A DNA stretch of 63,980 nt, filler included, from Chiloscyllium plagiosum (lineage: Eukaryota), in NCBI RefSeq assembly GCF_004010195.1. It is 5 parts of one record of this genome, joined end to end, with 100 filler letters (N's around TTAATTAATTAA, not from the genome) between each part and the next. Parts side by side here need not be neighbours in the genome. Positions count along the whole stretch, not along the records: positions 1 to 24,840 come from NC_057710.1; 4 more parts are not named here. One strand, 5' to 3'. Below the pieces are notes generated by a model. The model worked only from the letters and a program-made list of their open reading frames with translations, did no database searches and had not been told where the DNA came from. Of this stretch, positions 13,935 through 24,940 are shown piece after piece; the first letter of the stretch is position 1; every line of letters starts with the position of its first letter. A program made the position numbers and the translations under genes.

Positions 13935-14340
13935 GGCCTGGTGGCATTAAATGTCAGACTATTAATCCAGGGACAAAACTGAGGAAGGGTCACTGGACCC
14001 GAAACATTAACACTGATCTCTCTCCACAGGTGCAGCCAGACATGCCCAAAGTTCTTTTTTTCATTCCTGATTTACACCATCCACAGTTCTTTTGGTTTTT
14101 AGTAATCCAGGGATCCAGGTAATGTTTTAAGGACCAGGGATCAAATTGCGTCATGACAGATGGGGGCACATGAAATCAATAAACATCTAGAAGTAAGAGT
14201 AAAATATGTTCATGATGCTGATTGTTAGGGAATAAAACTCATCTGACTTCACTTGGGCTCTTTAGGGAAGGAAGCTGCTGTCCTAAACTAGACCTACAGT
14301 GATGTGTGGCTGAGCCAGCAATGCCCACATCCCATAAACA
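13935..14340 (+). mobile_element. Decayed tRNA-type SINE interrupted by a Penelope terminus (13974-14102)
   Basis: Matches the SINE family at 15725-16042 and 63070-63400; TSD TAATCCAGGGA at ~13963 and ~14103. Confidence 0.65.
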
Positions 14341-14880
14341 AATTACTTAATAACCCAACTTCTATATCCCTCTGTGGCAAAGAATTCCACATGTTCACAA
14401 CCCTCTCTGACAGAAGAAATTGATCCTCATCGCTGTCTTAAATGTGAGACCTCTTAATTCTGAATTTATGTCCCCTACTGTCGAGGGTATAGGTTTAAGA
14501 TGAAAAGGTAAAAATACAAAGGGGACTGAAGGGGCAACGTTTACACGCAGAGGGTGGTGCATGTATAGAATGAGCTACCATAGGAAGTGGTGGAGGCTGG
14601 TACAATTGCAACGTTTAAAAGGCATCTGGATGGGTATATAAATAGGAAGGGTTTAGAGAGATATGGGGCAAATGCTGGCAAAGGGGACTAGATTAATTTT
14701 GAATATCTGGTCGACAAGGACAAGTTGGACCGAAGCATCTTTTTCCACAATGGACAGCTCTATGACTCTAGTACTGAACTCTTCATCAATAGCAAAAATC
14801 TTCTGATCATCTATAATGTCAAGCATCCTAACAATCTTACAGATTTAAATAAGATATTGTGACCAGAGGGATCACCCCAC

Positions 14881-15062
14881 GAGCCCCAGTCCGATGGGAA
14901 AAGGTCCCCGGTCCCGTGAGCCCCAGTCCGATGGGGAAAGGTCCCCGACTCCATGAGCCCCAGTCCGATGGGGAAAGGTCCCCGGTCCCGTGAGCCCCAG
15001 TCCGATGGGGAAAGGTCCCCGACTCCATGAGCCCCAGTCCGATGTGGAAAGGTCCCTGGCCC
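14881..15062. repeat. GC-rich minisatellite, about 5 x 37 bp with alternating variants
   Basis: Unit GAGCCCCAGTCCGATGGGGAAAGGTCCCCG followed alternately by GTCCCGT or ACTCCAT. Confidence 0.95.
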
Positions 15063-15254
15063 CGGATACCTGAGCTGGAAAACGTCCCAATGTTAAGGCT
15101 ATTCCGAATGTGACATTATTTGATGTTTTGCCATCTCTGTGTGTCTCAAATGTTCCTCAAAGCTTGGTCATCACAAACAAATCCAGGTGTCACTCCACAC
15201 CAACCTGTTCCCAACACAAAGCAAGGCCACTGCCAGCCAAAACAGGCTGCCTTC

Positions 15255-15442
15255 CTCAACCCCCCCGCCCCCCATTTATCTCTCAGCCGCCTTGGGCTCC
15301 ACCCACCACCTTCCTGATGAAGAGCTTCTGCTGGAAACATCGACTCTCCTGCTCCTCGGAATCTGCCTGACCTGCTGCGCTTTTCCAGCTCCACACGTTT
15401 TGACTCTGATCTCCAGCATCTGCAGTCCTCACTTTCTGCCTG
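15255..15442 (+). mobile_element. Penelope pLTR fragment
   Basis: Same terminal sequence as 6900-7032 and 141-270; degenerate hammerhead at 15314-15342. Confidence 0.75.
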
Positions 15443-15724
15443 CTTTCCACTAAGCTTGTTTTTCATGTATTTTCCTTTAATTGCTTCTTGTCGTGTTCCA
15501 ATTAACCCTTAACAATTAACCCTTAACAAGCTGGTTTGCAGGTATCATGTTTGTGCCTAAAACTACTGAAGCCTGTGACCAGTGGTGTACTGCAGGGTTT
15601 GGTGTTCAGACCCTTACTGTTTGTTATTTCTGGTAATAGAATCATAGAATCCCTCCAGCGTGGAAGAAGGCCATTCAGCTCATTGAGCTCACAACAACCC
15701 TCCAAAAAGCATCCCACCCAGACA

Positions 15725-16042
15725 AGGGAGAGACAATGGCTGAGTGGTATTATCACTTGACCCTGGTAATGTTACAGGAACCCAGATTTGAATTCCAGAA
15801 TGGTAGATGGTGGAATTTGAATTCAATTAATTAAAAAACTGGAATTAAAAGTTTGATAATGACCATGAAACCATTGTTAACTGTTGAAGAAAAACCCACC
15901 AGCTCACCAATGTCCTTTAGGGAAAGAAATTGCCATCTTTACCTGGTCTGGCCTACTTATGGCTCCAGATCTACAGCAACTGGGGATGGGTGTTAAATGC
16001 TGGCCCAACCAATGGCACCCACGCCCTGTGACTGAATAAAAA
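15725..16042 (+). mobile_element. tRNA-derived SINE with an L2/CR1-group-type 3' tail
   Basis: A/B-box-like 5' region, conserved CTTACCTGGTCTGGCCTAC core and AATAAAAA end; several other copies in the window. Confidence 0.65.
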
Positions 16043-17861
16043 TGAAACCTTTTCCATGTATTTCTCCATGGCAAATCCACCTAACCTGCACATCTTTGGA
16101 CTGCTGGGGGAAACCGGAGCACCCAGAGGAAATCCATGCAGACACTGAGAAAGTATGCAAACTTCACACAGACAACTACCCAAAGCTGGAATCAAACCCA
16201 GGACTCTGGTGCTGTGAGGCGGCAGTGTTAACCACTGAGCCACCATGCATGACTTGGATGTGAATATAGAAGGTATAATTAACAAGTTTACAGATGACAC
16301 AAAAATTGATGATGTTGTTGATAGGGGATGGTCTCAGGCTATAATCTGATATTGATCAACTGGTAAACTGGGCAGAGCAATGGCAGATGCAATTTAATCC
16401 CAATAAGTGCAAGGTGATGCATTTTGGATATTGAAAATGTATGGTCGGTCCTCAGGGAGTACTGAGGAACAAAATGACCTTTGTGTACAAGTCTATAGAT
16501 GTCTAAAGGTGTCACAGTTTGAGCAGGTGCTGAAGACATCATGCAGAATGCTTGCCTTCATAAGCTGGAACATAGAACACAGGAGTAAGGAAGGTAAACT
16601 TCTTTGGAGCACTGCATATGCCTAAGACAGAAATGTTAGCTCTGGAACAAAATAGTATATTGAAATGGCAAGTAACTGGAAGGTCAGTATCACGTCTATG
16701 GGCAGAGAGTTCCATAAAGTGATTACCTCGTCTGTGTTTGGTTACACCACAGATGGAATACTGTGTGCAGTTCTGGTCACCCCTCTTTCAGAGGGACATG
16801 ATTTGACCGAGAAAGTGGTAGAAATATGGAACGTGCTGCCTGAGAGGGTGGTGGAGGAAGGAAATCTCACAACATTTAAGAGGCATCTAGTTGAGCCAGA
16901 GCACGGTAAGCTGTGGACCAAATACCTCTAAATGGGGTTAGTGTAGTTTGGTGTTTATTGGTTGGCAAGGACATGGTGAGCTGGAGGTCCTGTTCCTATG
17001 CTGTATGACTCTATATCCTCCTTTTTCCCTCAACTGAGGACTCTCCACCACTATGATTGACAGGACCTTCAGCTGAGTCTAATCCAGTTCTTGCATTTCT
17101 GCCCTACTCCTTCCCCTCTCATCGAACTAGGGATCGCCTTGCCCTCGCTTTCACCCCACCAGTCTCTGCATTCAAAGGGTCATCTTCCACCAGTACTACC
17201 CCAGTAAGATGCCACCAGCACATACATCTTCCGCTCCCTAATCAGCACAAAGTATGTACTATTCTGCTTGTGATCCTCTAGCCCTCTCACATGCTCATGC
17301 AATTACAGAAGGGGGAACATTTGCCCTCTCACTACCTCCCTCCTCAATGTCTAAGGTCCAGACACTATTTCCAAGTCAGGCAGACCTTAACTGTTAGTTT
17401 TTTTCAATCTAGTCTATTCACTGCTATAGTATGCTGTACAGCGGGGTGAGCAAACACAGACGATGAAATCACTTTATGGAACTCTCTGCCCATAGAAGTG
17501 ATACTGACCTTCCAGTTGCTTGCTATTTCAATGTACTATTTTGTGAGTGCTCCAAAGAAGCTTCATGCAAGCTAGATGAACACACCTCATTTTCAACTTA
17601 GGTACTTTACAGCCTTCAGAACTCAACATTGAGTTCAACAACTTCAGAACATGAAGAATCCTCCATCATGATTACAACACCAATGCATCCTCATGGCTCA
17701 TTAAATGGATTGCTTTTCAGAAAGGCTGACCTATTTTCTGCTATTGACTCATAGCATTCCTACCTACTTTACATCTCAATCACTCCTTTACCACCAAGAA
17801 CACTTACTTTGTCTTTTGCTCTGATCACCTTCTGATCCACTTGGTCCTCATCCATCCTTAC

Positions 17862-18085
17862 AGTGGTGCTGGAAAAGCACAGCAGGTCAGGCAGCATCCG
17901 AGGAGCAGGAAAATCGACGTTTTGGGCAGGAGCTCTACATCAGGAATGAGGGCTCATTCCTGATGAAGGGCTTTTGCCCGAAACGTCGATTTTGCCTGGA
18001 ATCGGATGCTGCCTGAATTGCTGTGCTCTTCCAGCACCACTGATCCAGAATCTGGTTTCCAGCATCTGCAGTCATTGTTTTTACC
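17862..18085. mobile_element. Palindromic Penelope pLTR pair
   Basis: 17862-17950 is the reverse complement of 17953-18041; intact hammerhead core at 17960-17989 (+). Confidence 0.85.
17960..17989 (+). ncRNA. Minimal type-I hammerhead ribozyme motif (Penelope-associated)
   Basis: CTGATGA-A-GGGC-TTTT-GCCC-GAAA-CGTC-GA. Confidence 0.7.
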
Positions 18086-18302
18086 ACAGGAGTTTAAATG
18101 GCAACCTGTTGAGTATAAATTTAATACTAACTCTATAATACAAAGCTAGTCTCTTGTCCTTGGGATGACTGGACTGTGAAGTGAGGTTGGGCAAACTGGG
18201 CCTGTAGTCTCTAGAGTTTTGAAAAATGACAGCTGATCTGATCGGAACCTACAATTTACTTAAGACCATAGACAAGGTAAATGCAGGTAAGATGCTTCCC
18301 AG

Positions 18303-19715
18303 AAACAAAAACAGAAGTTGTTGAAAAAGCTCAGCAGATCTGGCAGCGTCTGTGAAGAGAAATCAAAGTTAATGCTTTGAGTCCGGTGACCCTTCTTCAG
18401 AACTAATAGTAGTGAGGAAAATGTCAGTTTATATGCAGTAGATAGGGTCGGGGGAGGGGAAAGGAGTAAATGATAGGTGGGTATAGAACCCAAAGAGAGA
18501 GAAGAACAGCTGGACAGACAAAGGAGTGGATAATGATCTGGCTGGGAAAGTGAATAGCTGTTAATGGAGACTGTTCATGGCTAATAATACATAGTGTGCA
18601 ATGGCAAACAATGTAATAATAAGGCGGCGGCACGGTGGCACAGCAGTTAGCACTACTGCCTCACAGCGCCAGAGACCCGGGTTCAATTCCTGCCTCAGGC
18701 AACTGACTGTGTGGAGTTTGCACATTCTCCCTGTGTCTGCGTGGGTTTCCTCTGGATGCTCCGGTTTCCTCCCACAATCCAAAGATGTGCAGGTCAGGTG
18801 AATTGGCCATGCTAAATTGCCAGTAGTGTTAGGTGCAGAGGTAAACATAGGGGAATGGGTCTGGTTGGATGCGCTTCGGCGGGTCGAAGGGCCTGTGGAC
18901 TTGTTGGGCCGAAGGGCCTGTTTTCACACTGTAAGTAATCTAATCTAAGGCCTGGTGTATGTGTGAGGGGTCTCAGATATGGGGGAGTTCAGGCCCTAAA
19001 ATTATCAAACTCATTATTGAGTCTGGAGGACTGCAGAGTCCCCAAGCGGAAAATAAGGTGTGTTTTTCCTCCAACTTACGCTGAGCTCTGCTGGAACGCT
19101 GCAGCAAACGTGAGACAGAGATGTTGGCCAGGGAAAAGGGTGGCGTGTTAAAGTGGCAAGCAACTGGAAGCTCAGGGTCTTTGTTTGCAGACAGGAGGTA
19201 GATGTTCTGTGAAGCTACAGTCTATGCTTCATTTCCCCAATGTAGAGGAGACCACACTATGAACAGTGAATGCAGTAAACTAGATTGTGTGAGGTGCAGG
19301 TAAAGTGCTGCTCCACCTGTTTGGGTCCTTGAATACTGAGGAGAGAGGAAGTAAATGGACAGGTATTGCAGCTTCAGTGGTTGTAGAGGAAGGTGCCATG
19401 AGGCTGTGGTGGGGTGTTAGGAGTGAAGGATGAATGGACCAAGGTGTCCAGGAGAGAATGGTCTCTGAAGAACATCTAAGTTTTGTCTGCAAAAAAGACC
19501 GTGAACTTCCAGTTGCCGCCACATTAATACACCATCCTTTTCCCTTGCCGACATGTCCGTCTCAGGCTTGCTGCAATATTCCAGCAAAGCTTAGTGCAAG
19601 CTGGAAGAACAACACCTCATTTTCCACTTGAGGACACTGCAGCCCTCTGGACTCAATATCAAGTTCAATTTTAGGGTCTGAATTCCCCATGTCCTAGCCC
19701 CCACACACCGGGCCG
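18303..19715. mobile_element. Penelope-like element (different family) with inverted arms and an HE1 SINE inserted
   Basis: GIY-YIG remnants on the minus strand (~19000-19300), repeated on the plus strand (~19480-19700); terminus has a GGGTC/GACTC hammerhead remnant at 18368-18400. Confidence 0.65.
18624..18947 (+). mobile_element. HE1-type SINE, full length
   Basis: A-box TGGCACAGCAGTTAG, B-box GGTTCAATTCC, (AATCT)n tail, short TSD TAAGGC. Confidence 0.9.
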
Positions 19716-21734
19716 TTTGGAGTCATAGAGTCTTACAGCACAGAAGCAGGTGCTTTGGCTCAAACTGGTCCATGCCGACCAAAATGTCCATCCATGCTAA
19801 CCCCATTTCCCTGCACTTGGCCCATTTCCTTCTAATCCTTTCCTATCCATGTATTTATCCAAATACCTTTTAATGGTGTTAATGTACTCACCTCAACTAC
19901 TTCTGCTGGCAGCTCATTACATATGCATACCACCCTCTGCATAAAAAAACTTGTCACTCAGGTTCCCAGTTATTCTATCCTCTCTCACCTTAAACTGATG
20001 CCCTCTAGTCCTCAATTCACCAACCTTAGGAAAAAGATTAAATGTATTCACTCTATCCATGCCTCTCGTAATCTTATACACTTGTATAAGATCCTCCCTC
20101 AGTCTCCTATGCTCTAATGAAAAAATCCTAGCTTGTCCAACTCAGTCCCATGAGTCCTGGCAGCATCCTTGTAAATTTCTTCTGTACTCTTTCCAGTTTA
20201 ATTACATCCTTCCTATAGCAAGGTGACCAAAACTGAACACAATACTACAAGTGCGGCCTCACCAACGTCCTGTATAATTGCAACATAACTTCCCAACTTC
20301 TGTACTCAATACCCTGACTGACGAACGCCAGTGTGCCAAAAGCCTTCTTCACTGCCCTGTCTACCTGTGACTCCACTTTCAGAAAATGTGAACCTGAACT
20401 CCAAGATCCCTCTGTTCCACCAAGCTCTGTAAGGCCCAACCTTTCACCATGAAACTCTTACCTTAATTTGACTTTCCAAAATGCAAGACCTCACACTTAT
20501 CTGTATTTGCCATTTCTCGGCCCACTTCCCCGGCTGTTCAAGGCCCTGCTGAAATTTCTGATAACCTTCCTCACTGTCTATAATACCTCCTATCTGCAAA
20601 CTTACTAATCATGCCTTGTACATTCTCATCCACATCATTGATATAAATAACAAACAGCAATGGGCCCAGCACCTATCCCTGAGGCACACCACTAGTCACA
20701 AGCCTCCACTTCGACAAGCATCCTTCCACTATTACCATATGCTTCCTACCTTCAAGTCAATTGTGTATTTAATTTGCCAGGTCCCCCTAGATTCCATGAG
20801 ATCTAACCTTTCAGAGCAGCCTACAATGTGGAACCTTATCAAAGGCCTTAATGAAATCCATTTGATTACGTCTACTGCCCTGCCATCATCAAGCTTCCTG
20901 ATCACTTCATCAAAGAACTCTAGCAAACTTGTGAGGCATGATCTCCCACTCACAAAGCCAAGGTGATTATTCCTAATCAAATCCTGTCTTTCCAAATGCA
21001 TAAATATCTCATTCCTCAGAATCTTCTGAAGTAGCAGTAGCTTACCTCCCACAGATGTTAAGCTTACTGGTCAACAGTTCCCAGGTTTTTATTTGCAGCC
21101 CTTCTTGAATAAGGGCACAACATTCGCTACCCTCCAGTCTTCCTGGACCTCAACTGTAGCTAATGATGATGCAAATATATCAGACAGGACCCCCTCAATT
21201 TCTTCTTGCAGAGTTCTTGGACATATTTGGTCAGGACCAGGAGATTTATTCACCTTCATACAATCTAATACATCCAACACCTCCTCTGCTGTGATATGGA
21301 CTATCCTCAATATATCATGTTATGGAAGAATTGCTCAAATTCTGTAAAACATTACCAGGAGAAAATCCTTCACAAAAATAAACTTTAATCTTGCTAAATC
21401 AAAGCTGTGACAGCAAGAAAATGTCTTCCCTGTCTGCCCACAAGACTTTTCTTCCTCTACAGACTTGGGTTCCCGTGCTTATCTGATAGCATTAGCATAC
21501 TCAATCATACTGGTTTGCTTTGTCTTCATAACCTAATCATCTTCCCCCTCACTGGTTCACTACATTACACTTAACCTATCACATTATAACACCATCGCCT
21601 TCAGTATTAGCTCATCTATCAATGATTTAACTAGTCTATCACTGTACATTACCTTCATCTGTTACTGGAGCCCTGTAATATGATCCTATGCATGCATCAC
21701 AATACTAAGTTTTAAAAACGTTTTTCCATTTTCA

Positions 21735-22002
21735 TATGAAAGTACTGAAACCAGCATGGTCATTCTAATAGATGAGAGACTTAACAAACAATCCAGGTCT
21801 TTTTCAATATATAATTTCAGTTACATCACACTGTAAACTTTTGCTATAAATTCTGTGTCTTACAATCTTATATTCCACAACCACCTGATGAAGGAGCAGC
21901 GCTCCGAAAGCTAGTGCTTCCAATTAAACCTCTTGGACTATAACCTGGTGTTGTGATTTTTAACTTTGTACTTCCCAGTCCAACACTGGCATCTCCAAAT
22001 CA
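21735..22002 (+). mobile_element. Penelope-like 3' terminus (second family) with hammerhead motif
   Basis: CAC-CTGATGA-A-GGAGC-AGC-GCTCC-GAAA-GCTA-GTG at 21882-21916. Confidence 0.65.
21882..21916 (+). ncRNA. Minimal type-I hammerhead ribozyme motif
   Basis: 3-bp stem I (CAC/GTG), full core, perfect 5-bp stem II, palindromic AGCT in stem III, predicted cleavage after CUA (21913). Confidence 0.72.
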
Positions 22003-22439
22003 TATCACCACTAGGTTCCCCAAGGTCCCAAGTCTTCATGTCTTTCTCCACGGTACACACACAGGAGAAATATTCTTTTTTTTTCCCTTAATATTTCTTT
22101 GGATTCACCCTAATTATCTCAGCCAAAGCTATCTCATGCCCTCTTTTCACCCTCCTGATTTCCTTATTTAATGAACTCCTGTATCCCCTATCTACCTTCA
22201 AGGATTCCCACGAGTTGTTATCACATAATCTGCCATTGCACACTACCTCTTGTTAGCCGCTAACAGTCTCAATTAACAGCTATTCACCCTCCCAGCCAGA
22301 TCATTATCCACTCCTTTGTCTGTCCAACTGTTCTTCTCTCTCTTTGGGCTCTATCCCCACCTATTGTTTAGTCCTTACCCCTTCCACCACCCTATCTTCT
22401 GCATGTAAACCAACATTTTCTGAGCTGCCATCAGTTCTG

Positions 22440-24840
22440 AGAGATGGGAACGGTTGTTGCAGATTCTGTGAATTCGATGTTTCAGTAAGAACAGAGAAGA
22501 TGGTAAAAAGGAAAGGGGCAGTATGGTATTGTTAATCAAGGGTAGTATTACAGCAGCTAAGATAACACGTGAGGACTCATCCACTGAGGTAGTTTGGGCT
22601 GAGGTTAAAAATAGGAGAGGTCACTCTGTTGGGAGTTTTCTATAGGCCTCCGAATTGTTCCAGTGATGTAGAGGAAAGGATAGCAAAGTTGATTCTCAAT
22701 AGGAGCGGGAGTAACAGGGTAGTTGTTACGGGGGAGCTTTAACTTCCCCAACATTGACTGGGAATAATATAGTTCAAGTAGTTTAGATGGGTCAGTTTTT
22801 GTTCAATGTGTGCAGGAGGGTTTTCTGACACAGTATGTAGGAAGCTGCAGGGGATGGACACACTTGAAATGTGGAGCTTATTCAAGGAACTGCTACTGCA
22901 GGTCCTTGATAAGTATATACCTATCAGGCAAGGAGGTAGTTGTCGAGAGAGGGAGTCATGGTTTACTAAAGAAGTTGAAGGTCTTGTCAAGAGGAAGAAG
23001 GTTTATGTGAGGATGCGGTGTGAAGCTCAGTTCGGGCACTTTTTTTTAGATTAGATTAGATTACTTACAGTGTGGAAACAGGCCCCTCGGCCCAACAAGT
23101 CCACACCGACCCGCCGAAGCGCAACCCACCCATACCCCTACCTTTACCCCTTTAACCTAACACTACGGGCAATTTAGCATGGCCAATTCACCTGACCCGC
23201 ACATCTTTGGACTGTGGGAGGAAACCGGAGCACCCGGAGGAAACCCACACAGACACGGGGAGAATGTGCAAACTCCACACAGTCAGTCGCCTGAGTCGGG
23301 AATTGAACCCGGGTCTACAGGCGCTGTGAGGCAGCAGTGCTAACCACTGGGCCACCGTGCCGCCCACCACTTGAGAGCTATAAGTTAGCCCTCTCTTTAC
23401 ATCTTTTCTGGCTAAGAAGAGCCGGGGCTGGGGTGGGGGGAGGGGGGGGAGTGAGGAGGGGGAAGGAACATGAGAAAAGGAACATGAGAAGCTGTTGGTG
23501 GATAGGATCAAGGAAAACCCTAAGGCCTTCTATAGGTATACCTGGAATAAAAGAATGACTAGAGTAAGCTTATGGCCAATCAAAGATAGTACTGGAAAGT
23601 TGGGTGTGGAATCTGAGGATATAGGGGAAGTGCTTAATGAATAATTTTTCTCAATATTCACGTTGGAAAAGGGTAATGTTAGTGAGGATATTGAGATACC
23701 GGCTACTAGATTAGATGGGATTGTGGTTGACAAAGATGAGGTTTTAGCTATTTTGGAAAGTCTGAAAATAGATAAGACCCCTGGGCTGGATGGGATTTAT
23801 CCTTGGATTCTCTGTGAAGCCAAAGAGGAGATTGCAGAGTCTTTGGCTTTGATCTTTATGTCATCATTGTCGACAGGAGTAGTGCCAGAAAACTGGAGGA
23901 GAGCAAATGTTGTTGCCTTGTTTAAGAAGGGGAGTGGGGACAACCCTGGTAATTACAGGCCTTACTTCGGTTGTGGGTAAGGTGTTGGAAAAGATTATAA
24001 GAGACAGGATTTATAATCAACTGGAAAGGAATAATTTGATTGGAGATAGTCAACACGGTTAGGTTGTGCATAACTACCTTACTGAGTTCTTCGAGAAGGT
24101 GACAAAACAGGTGGATGAAGGTAAAGGGGTTGATGTGGTATGTATGGATTTCAGTAAGGCGTTTGATAAGGTTCCACACGGTAGGCTATTGCACAAAACA
24201 CAGAGTTTCAGGATTAAAGGTGATTTCGTGAATTGGATCAGAAATTGGCTAGCTGAAAGAAGACAGAAGGTGGTAGTTGATGGGAAATGTTCATCCTGGA
24301 GCTCAGTTGCCAGTGGTGTGCCAACACAGAGCAAGGATCTGTTTTGGGGAAACTGCTGTTTGTCATTTTTATAAATGATTGTGAGGTGGGCGTAGAAGGA
24401 TGGGTTAGTAAATTTGCGGATGACACCAAGGTAGGCAGAGTTGTAGATAGTGTCAGGTCTTGCGGTGGGAGAGCATTTTGGTGATAGTGACCACAACTGC
24501 CTCACATTCTACACAGCTATGGAGAAGGAGAGAAGCAGGCACAATGGGAGGATATTTAATTGGGGAAAAGGAAACTATGATACTATCAGACGTGAGTTGG
24601 GAAGTACGGACTGGGAGCAATTGTTCTATGGAAAGGGCACTATAGACGTGTGGAGACTGTTTAAGGAACAGTTGTTGCGAGTGATGCACAAGTGTGTTCC
24701 TCTGAGACAGGCAAGAAGGGGTAAGATAAAGGAACCTTGGATGACGAGAGCGAAGGAGCTTCTCGTCAAAAGAAAGGAGGCAGCTTACGTAAGGTGGAGG
24801 AAGCAAGAGTCTTGCTCAGCTCTAGAGGATTACAGGCAGG
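22440..24840 (+). mobile_element. CR1 LINE ORF2 fragments (two subfamilies joined at ~24450)
   Basis: Endonuclease and RT motifs (DFSKAFDKVPH, KFADDTK); 24450-24840 is nearly identical to 46886-47322. Confidence 0.85.
23047..23366 (-). mobile_element. HE1-type SINE, full length
   Basis: Reverse complement of the 18624 copy; TSD CACTT. Confidence 0.9.
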
Positions 24841-24940
24841 NNNNNNNNNNNNNNNNNNNNNNNNNNNNNNNNNNNNNNNNNNNNTTAATTAATTAANNNN
24901 NNNNNNNNNNNNNNNNNNNNNNNNNNNNNNNNNNNNNNNN
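24841..24940. other. Assembly gap with artificial TTAATTAATTAA spacer (also 29476-29575, 40836-40935, 55463-55562; plain gap 33201-33232)
   Basis: Identical N44-TTAATTAATTAA-N44 blocks. Confidence 0.95.

Larger units (their letters stand above)
19720..22205 (-). mobile_element. CR1 LINE ORF2 fragment, interrupted at 21318-22002
   Basis: KSPGPDQI, EDWRVANVVPLFKKG, SCLTSLLEFFDEV, LYRTLVRPHL. Confidence 0.85.

Noticed and set aside
14881..15062. CRISPR-like repeat/spacer pattern
   Set aside because: The 'spacers' are 7 bp and repeat alternately, there are no cas genes, and the DNA is vertebrate.
18624..18700. tRNA gene
   Set aside because: The A/B boxes belong to the tRNA-derived head of an HE1 SINE, which continues into the SINE body and tail.
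24885..24896. TTAATTAATTAA palindrome recurring four times
   Set aside because: Always centred in a 100-bp N block; it is a scaffolding spacer with stops in all frames, not biology.
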